Translations under genes and position numbers: made by a program
The notes under the pieces: model-generated
Database searches by the model: none
Told to the model about the DNA's origin: nothing
What the model saw: the letters and a program-made list of their open reading frames with translations, nothing else
Assembly (NCBI GenBank): GCA_014905635.1
Contig: JABVCE010000025.1
Location: forward strand, 496,001-529,253
Length of the DNA: 33,253 nucleotides
Origin: Scenedesmus sp. PABB004
Taxonomy: Eukaryota
Direction: 5' to 3'
In this document: positions 25,001 to 33,253 of the stretch, piece by piece
Position numbering within the stretch: position 1 is the stretch's first letter
How the letters are laid out: each line of letters begins with the position of its first letter

Positions 25001-25986
25001 TGGCGTGTCCACGCTGCTGCAGGTGGGGCGACGCACGCGCGGGCAGCCCCACGGCGTGCGCGGGCGGCCCATGCGCCGCCGGGCGCGCGCGAGCCCGCCC
25101 GCGCCGCCGCTGCGTGTGGGTGCAGGTGCTTGTGAGCCTGCAGTCCATGGTGTTTGTGGAGGACCCCTTCTTCAACGGTGACACGCACCACACCACGCGC
25201 CCGCGCCGCGCAAGCGGCGCAGCCGGGTGACCCCCCCCCCCACACACACACACACCCACGCACACGCACACACACCCACACCCCGCCCGCCTGGTCGTCC
25301 TCCCGCCGATCCCCCCCCCCCGCCCCCCCGCGCCGCAGAGCCGGGCTATGAGAGCTACGCCAAGTCGGCGCAGGGGCGCGCGCGCGCGCAGGCGTACAAC
25401 CAGGACCTGCGCCTGCACACGGCGCGGTGAGGCTGCGCCGCCCGGCCCGGGCCCCCGAGCGCGCTGGGCCCGGCCCAGCCAGCGCTGGCTGACGGCGCGG
25501 CTCGGCCGCCCGCCTGCGCGCTGCCCTCCCCCCCTTCCCCCAAGGCATGCCATCCTGGGCGCGCTGACCGCGCCCGACCCCGCGTTCAAGTCGGCGGTGG
25601 CCACGCACTTTGCGCTGCAGGCGGGCAACGTGGCCGCGCTTCTGGACCGCTGGCTCGCAGAGGCGGGGCGCGAGCGGCAGCAGCTGCAGGTGGTGGTGAC
25701 GCAGGTGGGTGGCGCGGCAGCAGAGCACGCGGCGCGCCGTCGCCATGCGCGGCACTGTGCGACGCCGCCCTGCTGCCGGCCTGGGCCACAGGTCAAGGCG
25801 GAGCTGGCCAAGCTGCCGCGGAGCCCGGCAGCGCACGGCAGCACGGCCGCGCCAACTGCACCGCAGCCAGAGCCGTCGCGCCAGCGGCAGCGGCAGCAGC
25901 AGCCCCAGCCGGGGGACCGGAAGCGGCAGCTTGAGGGTGGGGCGAGCGCGGGTGCCGCGGAGCAGGACTTTGTGGACCTGACGTGA
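22065..25986 (+). CDS. Large ubiquitin-conjugating enzyme with BIRC6/UBE2Z-type UBC domain and N-terminal RanBP2-like Zn finger, 10 exons, about 935 aa
   Basis: Exons: 22065-23124, 23244-23583, 23710-24263, 24393-24540, 24660-24735, 24888-25022, 25126-25177, 25339-25426, 25545-25704, 25792-25986. Sum 2808 nt, in frame. Splicing creates WAAGTGYG. The UBC reads [93 protein letters not shown]...[25 protein letters not shown], with the catalytic Cys intact. The N-terminal exon model is less certain than the UBC. Confidence 0.85.
24750..24850 (+). repeat. Intronic (GCGCGGCACG)n minisatellite
   Basis: Roughly 10-bp unit repeated several times in intron 5 of the UBC gene. A related GCGGCACGGC unit occurs at 7261-7310. 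Confidence 0.65.
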
Positions 25987-26104
25987 GTGAAACACGACCG
26001 CTGCGTGGACAGACAAGGTAAACGAGTTGACGTCGTTCGCCAGCCGATGTTTGCCGCAAACGGGCCGGCCACAATCGCACGGTCAAAGCCGCGTCTGCAC
26101 ACGG

Positions 26105-29100
26105 CATGCTGCCCGGCCACGGGCTGCGCCGCCGAGGTCCGCCGCCGGCGGCCGCGCCGCGCCGCGGGCCGCGCGCCGCCCGCGCGCGCGCCGCTCGGCG
26201 GCGCCGCGGCGCAGCGCTGCCGGGCGCCGTTCCCCCTGCCCCGCCGCCCCTGCGGAGCGGGGGTGCGGGGCTCACACATGCTGCCCGGCCACGGGCTGCG
26301 CCGCCGAGGTCCGCCGCCGGCGGCCGCGCCGCGCCGCGGGCCGCGCGCCGCCCGCGCGCGCGCCGCTCGGCGGCGCCGCGGCGCAGCGCTGCCGGGCGCC
26401 GTTCCCCCTGCCCCGCCGCCCCTGCGGAGCGGGGTGCGGGGCTCACACATGCTGCCCGGCCACGGGCTGCGCCGCCGAGGTCCGCCGCCGGCGGCCGCGC
26501 CGCGCCGCGGGCCGCGCGCCGCCCGCGCGCGCGCCGCTCGGCGGCGCCGCGGCGCAGCGCTGCCGGGCGCCGTTCCCCCTGCCCCGCCGCCCCTGCGGAG
26601 CGGGGGTGCGGGGCTCACACATGCTGCCCGGCCACGGGCTGCGCCGCCGAGGTCCGCCGCCGGCGGCCGCGCCGCGCCGCGGGCCGCGCGCCGCCCGCGC
26701 GCGCGCCGCTCGGCGGCGCCGCGGCGCAGCGCTGCCGGGCGCCGTTCCCCCTGCCCCGCCGCCCCTGCGGAGCGGGGGTGCGGGGCTCACACATGCTGCC
26801 CGGCCACGGGCTGCGCCGCCGAGGTCCGCCGCCGGCGGCCGCGCCGCGCCGCGGGCCGCGCGCCGCCCGCGCGCGCGCCGCTCGGCGGCGCCGCGGCGCA
26901 GCGCTGCCGGGCGCCGTTCCCCCTGCCCCGCCGCCCCTGCGGAGCGGGGGTGCGGGGCTCACACATGCTGCCCGGCCACGGGCTGCGCCGCCGAGGTCCG
27001 CCGCCGGCGGCCGCGCCGCGCCGCGGGCCGCGCGCCGCCCGCGCGCGCGCCGCTCGGCGGCGCCGCGGCGCAGCGCTGCCGGGCGCCGTTCCCCCTGCCC
27101 CGCCGCCCCTGCGGAGCGGGGTGCGGGGCTCACACATGCTGCCCGGCCACGGGCTGCGCCGCCGAGGTCCGCCGCCGGCGGCCGCGCCGCGCCGCGGGCC
27201 GCGCGCCGCCGCGCGCGCGCCGCTCGGCGGCGCCGCGGCGCAGCGCTGCCGGGCGCCGTTCCCCCTGCCCCGCCGCCCCTGCGGAGCGGGGGTGCGGGGC
27301 TCACACATGCTGCCCGGCCACGGGCTGCGCCGCCGAGGTCCGCCGCCGGCGGCCGCGCCGCGCCGCGGGCCGCGCGCCGCCCGCGCGCGCGCCGCTCGGC
27401 GGCGCCGCGGCGCAGCGCTGCCGGGCGCCGTTCCCCCTGCCCCGCCGCCCCTGCGGAGCGGGGGTGCGGGGCTCACACATGCTGCCCGGCCACGGGCTGC
27501 GCCGCCGAGGTCCGCCGCCGGCGGCCGCGCCGCGCCGCGGGCCGCGCGCCGCCCGCGCGCGCGCCGCTCGGCGGCGCCGCGGCGCAGCGCTGCCGGGCGC
27601 CGTTCCCCCTGCCCGCCGCCCCTGCGGAGCGGGGGTGCGGGGCTCACACATGCTGCCCGGCCACGGGCTGCGCCGCCGAGGTCCGCCGCCGGCGGCCGCG
27701 CCGCGCCGCGGGCGCGCGCCGCCCGCGCGCGCGCGCCGCTCGGCGGCGCCGCGGCGCAGCGCTGCCGGGCGCCGTTCCCCTGCCCCGCCGCCCCTGCGGA
27801 GCGGGGGTGCGGGGCTCACACATGCTGCCCGGCCACGGGCTGCGCCGCCGAGGTCCGCCGCCGGCGGCCGCGCCGCGCCGCGGGCCGCGCGCCGCCGCGC
27901 GCGCGCCGCTCGGCGGCGCCGCGGCGCAGCGCTGCCGGGCGCCGTTCCCCCTGCCCCGCCGCCCCTGCGGAGCGGGGGTGCGGGGCTCACACATGCTGCC
28001 CGGCCACGGGCTGCGCCGCCGAGGTCCGCCGCCGGCGGCCGCGCCGCGCCGCGGGCCGCGCGCCGCCCGCGCGCGCGCCGCTCGGCGGCGCCGCGGCGCA
28101 GCGCTGCCGGGCGCCGTTCCCCTGCCCCGCCGCCCCTGCGGAGCGGGGGTGCGGGGCTCACACATGCTGCCCGGCCACGGGCTGCGCCGCCGAGGTCCGC
28201 CGCCGGCGGCCGCGCCGCGCCGCGGGCCGCGCGCCGCCCGCGCGCGCGCCGCTCGGCGGCGCCGCGGCGCAGCGCTGCCGGGCGCCGTTCCCCTGCCCCG
28301 CCGCCCCTGCGGAGCGGGGTGCGGGGCTCACACATGCTGCCCGGCCACGGGCTGCGCCGCCGAGGTCCGCCGCCGGCGGCCGCGCCGCGCCGCGGGCCGC
28401 GCGCCGCCCGCGCGCGCGCCGCTCGGCGGCGCCGCGGCGCAGCGCTGCCGGGCGCCGTTCCCCCTGCCCCGCCGCCCCTGCGGAGCGGGGGTGCGGGCTC
28501 ACACATGCTGCCCGGCCACGGGCTGCGCCGCCGAGGTCCGCCGCCGGCGGCCGCGCCGCGCCGCGGGCCGCGCGCCGCCCGCGCGCGCGCCGCTCGGCGG
28601 CGCCGCGGCGCAGCGCTGCCGGGCGCCGTTCCCCCTGCCCCGCCGCCCCTGCGGAGCGGGGGTGCGGGGCTCACACATGCTGCCCGGCCACGGGCTGCGC
28701 CGCCGAGGTCCGCCGCCGGCGGCCGCGCCGCGCCGCGGGCCGCGCGCCGCCCGCGCGCGCGCCGCTCGGCGGCGCCGCGGCGCAGCGCTGCCGGGCGCCG
28801 TTCCCCCTGCCCCGCCGCCCCTGCGGAGCGGGGGTGCGGGGCTCACACATGCTGCCCGGCCACGGGCTGCGCCGCCGAGGTCCGCCGCCGGCGGCCGCGC
28901 CGCGCCGCGGGCCGCGCGCCGCCCGCGCGCGCGCCGCTCGGCGGCGCCGCGGCGCAGCGCTGCCGGGCGCCGTTCCCCCTGCCCCGCCGCCCCTGCGGAG
29001 CGGGGGTGCGGGGCTCACACATGCTGCCCGGCCACGGGCTGCGCCGCCGAGGTCCGCCGCCGGCGGCCGCGCCGCGCCGCGGGCCGCGCGCCGCCCGCGC

Positions 29101-32100
29101 GCGCGCCGCTCGGCGGCGCCGCGGCGCAGCGCTGCCGGGCGCCGTTCCCCCTGCCCCGCCGCCCCTGCGGAGCGGGGGTGCGGGGCTCACACATGCTGCC
29201 CGGCCACGGGCTGCGCCGCCGAGGTCCGCCGCCGGCGGCCGCGCCGCGCCGCGGGCCGCGCGCCGCCCGCGCGCGCGCCGCTCGGCGGCGCCGCGGCGCA
29301 GCGCTGCCGGGCGCCGTTCCCCCTGCCCCGCCGCCCCTGCGGAGCGGGGGTGCGGGGCTCACACATGCTGCCCGGCCACGGGCTGCGCCGCCGAGGTCCG
29401 CCGCCGGCGGCCGCGCCGCGCCGCGGGCCGCGCGCCGCCCGCGCGCGCGCCGCTCGGCGGCGCCGCGGCGCAGCGCTGCCGGGCGCCGTTCCCCCTGCCC
29501 CGCCGCCCCTGCGGAGCGGGGGTGCGGGGCTCACACATGCTGCCCGGCCACGGGCTGCGCCGCCGAGGTCCGCCGCCGGCGGCCGCGCCGCGCCGCGGGC
29601 CGCGCGCCGCCCGCGCGCGCGCCGCTCGGCGGCGCCGCGGCGCAGCGCTGCCGGGCGCCGTTCCCCCTGCCCCGCCGCCCCTGCGGAGCGGGGGTGCGGG
29701 GCTCACACATGCTGCCCGGCCACGGGCTGCGCCGCCGAGGTCCGCCGCCGGCGGCCGCGCCGCGCCGCGGGCCGCGCGCCGCCCGCGCGCGCGCCGCTCG
29801 GCGGCGCCGCGGCGCAGCGCTGCCGGGCGCCGTTCCCCCTGCCCCGCCGCCCCTGCGGAGCGGGGGTGCGGGGCTCACACATGCTGCCCGGCCACGGGCT
29901 GCGCCGCCGAGGTCCGCCGCCGGCGGCCGCGCCGCGCCGCGGGCCGCGCGCCGCCCGCGCGCGCGCCGCTCGGCGGCGCCGCGGCGCAGCGCTGCCGGGC
30001 GCCGTTCCCCCTGCCCCGCCGCCCCTGCGGAGCGGGGGTGCGGGGCTCACACATGCTGCCCGGCCACGGGCTGCGCCGCCGAGGTCCGCCGCCGGCGGCC
30101 GCGCCGCGCCGCGGGCCGCGCGCCGCCCGCGCGCGCGCCGCTCGGCGGCGCCGCGGCGCAGCGCTGCCGGGCGCCGTTCCCCTGCCCCGCCGCCCCTGCG
30201 GAGCGGGGGTGCGGGGCTCACACATGCTGCCCGGCCACGGGCTGCGCCGCCGAGGTCCGCCGCCGGCGGCCGCGCCGCGCCGCGGGCCGCGCGCCGCCCG
30301 CGCGCGCGCCGCTCGGCGGCGCCGCGGCGCAGCGCTGCCGGGCGCCGTTCCCCCTGCCCCGCCGCCCCTGCGGAGCGGGGGTGCGGGGCTCACACATGCT
30401 GCCCGGCCACGGGCTGCGCCGCCGAGGTCCGCCGCCGGCGGCCGCGCCGCGCCGCGGGCCGCGCGCCGCCCGCGCGCGCGCCGCTCGGCGGCGCCGCGGC
30501 GCAGCGCTGCCGGGCGCCGTTCCCCTGCCCCCGCCCCCTGCGGAGCGGGGGTGCGGGGCTCACACATGCTGCCCGGCCACGGGCTGCGCCGCCGAGGTCC
30601 GCCGCCGGCGGCCGCGCCGCGCCGCGGGCCGCGCGCCGCCCGCGCGCGCGCCGCTCGGCGGCGCCGCGGCGCAGCGCTGCCGGGCGCCGTTCCCCCTGCC
30701 CCGCCGCCCCTGCGGAGCGGGGGTGCGGGGCTCACACATGCTGCCCGGCCACGGGCTGCGCCGCCGAGGTCCGCCGCCGGCGGCCGCGCCGCGCCGCGGG
30801 CCGCGCGCCGCCCGCGCGCGCGCCGCTCGGCGGCGCCGCGGCGCAGCGCTGCCGGGCGCCGTTCCCCCTGCCCCGCCGCCCCTGCGGAGCGGGGGTGCGG
30901 GGCTCACACATGCTGCCCGGCCACGGGCTGCGCCGCCGAGGTCCGCCGCCGGCGGCCGCGCCGCGCCGCGGGCCGCGCGCCGCCCGCGCGCGCGCCGCTC
31001 GGCGGCGCCGCGGCGCAGCGCTGCCGGGCGCCGTTCCCCCTGCCCCGCCGCCCCTGCGGAGCGGGGGTGCGGGGCTCACACATGCTGCCCGGCCACGGGC
31101 TGCGCCGCCGAGGTCCGCCGCCGGCGGCCGCGCCGCGCCGCGGGCCGCGCGCCGCCCGCGCGCGCGCCGCTCGGCGGCGCCGCGGCGCAGCGCTGCCGGG
31201 CGCCGTTCCCCCTGCCCCGCCGCCCCTGCGGAGCGGGGTGCGGGGCTCACACATGCTGCCCGGCCACGGGCTGCGCCGCCGAGGTCCGCCGCCGGCGGCC
31301 GCGCCGCGCCGCGGGCCGCGCGCCGCCCCGCCGCGCGCCGCTCGGCGGCGCCGCGGCGCAGCGCTGCCGGGCGCCGTTCCCCCTGCCCCGCCGCCCCTGC
31401 GGAGCGGGGGTGCGGGGCTCACACATGCTGCCCGGCCACGGGCTGCGCCGCCGAGGTCCGCCGCCGGCGGCCGCGCCGCGCCGCGGGCCGCGCGCCGCCC
31501 GCGCGCGCGCCGCTCGGCGGCGCCGCGGCGCAGCGCTGCCGGGCGCCGTTCCCCTGCCCCGCCGCCCCTGCGGAGCGGGGGTGCGGGGCTCACACATGCT
31601 GCCCGGCCACGGGCTGCGCCGCCGAGGTCCGCCGCCGGCGGCCGCGCCGCGCCGCGGGCCGCGCGCCGCCCGCGCGCGCGCCGCTCGGCGGCGCCGCGGC
31701 GCAGCGCTGCCGGGCGCCGTTCCCCCTGCCCCCGCCCCTGCGGAGCGGGGGTGCGGGGCTCACACATGCTGCCCGGCCACGGGCTGCGCCGCCGAGGTCC
31801 GCCGCCGGCGGCCGCGCCGCGCCGCGGGCCGCGCGCCGCCCGCGCGCGCGCCGCTCGGCGGCGCCGCGGCGCAGCGCTGCCGGGCGCCGTTCCCCTGCCC
31901 CGCCGCCCCTGCGGAGCGGGGGTGCGGGGCTCACACATGCTGCCCGGCCACGGGCTGCGCCGCCGAGGTCCGCCGCCGGCGGCCGCGCCGCGCCGCGGGC
32001 CGCGCGCCGCCGCGCGCGCGCCGCTCGGCGGCGCCGCGGCGCAGCGCTGCCGGGCGCCGTTCCCCCTGCCCCGCCGCCCCTGCGGAGCGGGGGTGCGGGC

Positions 32101-33253
32101 TCACACATGCTGCCCGGCCACGGGCTGCGCCGCCGAGGTCCGCCGCCGGCGGCCGCGCCGCGCCGCGGGCCGCGCGCCGCCCGCGCGCGCGCCGCTCGGC
32201 GGCGCCGCGGCGCAGCGCTGCCGGGCGCCGTTCCCCCTGCCCCGCCGCCCCTGCGGAGCGGGGGTGCGGGGCTCACACATGCTGCCCGGCCACGGGCTGC
32301 GCCGCCGAGGTCCGCCGCCGGCGGCCGCGCCGCGCCGCGGGCCGCGCGCCGCCGCGCGCGCGCCGCTCGGCGGCGCCGCGGCGCAGCGCTGCCGGGCGCC
32401 GTTCCCCCTGCCCCGCCGCCCCTGCGGAGCGGGGGTGCGGGGCTCACACATGCTGCCCGGCCACGGGCTGCGCCGCCGAGGTCCGCCGCCGGCGGCCGCG
32501 CCGCGCCGCGGGCCGCGCGCCGCCCGCGCGGCGCGCCGCTCGGCGGCGCCGCGGCGCAGCGCTGCCGGGCGCCGTCCCCCTGCCCCGCCGCCCCTGCGGA
32601 GCGGGGGTGCGGGGCTCACACATGCTGCCCGGCCACGGGCTGCGCCGCCGAGGTCCGCCGCCGGCGGCCGCGCCGCGCCGCGGGCCGCGCGCGCCCGCGC
32701 GCGCGCCGCTCGGCGGCGCCGCGGCGCAGCGCTGCCGGGCGCCGTTCCCCCTGCCCCGCCGCCCCTGCGGAGCGGGGGTGCGGGGCTCACACATGCTGCC
32801 CGGCCACGGGCTGCGCCGCCGAGGTCCGCCGCCGGCGGCCGCGCCGCGCCGCGGGCCGCGCGCCGCCCGCCGCGCCGCGCGCGCTCGGCGGCGCCGCGGC
32901 GCAGCGCTGCCGGCGCCGTTCCCCCTGCCCCGCCGCCCCTGCGGAGCGGGGGTGCGGGGCTCACACATGCTGCCCGGCCACGGGCTGCGCCGCCGAGGTC
33001 CGCCGCCGGCGGCCGCGCCGCGCCGCGGGCCCGCGCGCCGCCCGCGCGCGCGCCGCTCGCGGCGCCGCGGCGCAGCGCTGCCCGGCGCCGTTTCCCCTGC
33101 CCCGCCGCCCCTGCGGAGCGGGGGTGCGGGGCTCACACATGCTGCCCGGCCACGGGCTGCGCCGCCGAGGTCCGCCGCCGGCGGCCGCGCCGCGCCGCGG
33201 GCCGCGCGCCGCCGCGGCGCGCGCCGCTCGGCGGCGCCGCGGCGCAGCGCTGC
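26105..33253. repeat. 172-bp tandem satellite array, about 41.5 copies, about 89% GC, runs off the window end
   Basis: The unit CATGCTGCCCGGCCACGGG...GGGGCTCACA recurs at 26105, 26277 and onward. It has 19 A/T per 172 nt. Copies differ almost only by 1-2 nt indels in G/C runs. Confidence 0.98.

Noticed and set aside
26105..26276. HDV-like ribozyme in the minus-strand monomer (GGCCGC...ACCTCG...GTGGCC-GGGCA)
   Set aside because: I could not build P3/L3 with the P1.1 CC next to P1, nor a J4/2 catalytic motif. The resemblance is superficial.
26105..33253. Repeating 115-457 aa ORFs on the minus strand of the array
   Set aside because: 172 is not a multiple of 3, frames shift with indels, and the translations are low-complexity.
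26105..33253. CRISPR array, 5S rDNA or snRNA tandem genes
   Set aside because: No unique spacers, and no recognisable 5S, tRNA or snRNA motifs, Pol III T-run terminator or Sm site.
27100..33253. Monomer variants as a higher-order repeat
   Set aside because: Differences are homopolymer indels without periodicity and increase toward the window end, consistent with long-read consensus error.

Overview
Extremely GC-rich, intron-dense eukaryotic DNA, probably a chlorophyte green alga. This is inferred from TGTAA poly(A) signals, an eEF3 gene and near-exclusive G/C third codon positions. Most long ORFs in the six-frame track are GC artefacts. By manual splicing I find five genes: the 5' end of SART3/PRP24 (-), head-to-head with a complete 33-exon PRP8 (+, 1318-14295, about 2340 aa); a 2-exon SPOUT1-type RNA methyltransferase (-) convergent with PRP8; a 13-exon elongation factor 3 (+); and a 10-exon BIRC6/UBE2Z-like E2 with an N-terminal Zn finger (+). 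From about 26105 to the window end is a homogeneous 172-bp, about 89% GC tandem satellite (about 41.5 copies). Most notable: (i) 13 of 56 CDS introns (11 of 32 in PRP8) need GC donors, all AG|GCRCGS, and several introns offer only a CCGAC branch point; (ii) two putative box C/D snoRNAs in the longest PRP8 intron; (iii) a palindromic bidirectional TGTAA poly(A) element; (iv) the nucleosome-length satellite abutting a gene. Coordinates were read by eye and no searches were run.
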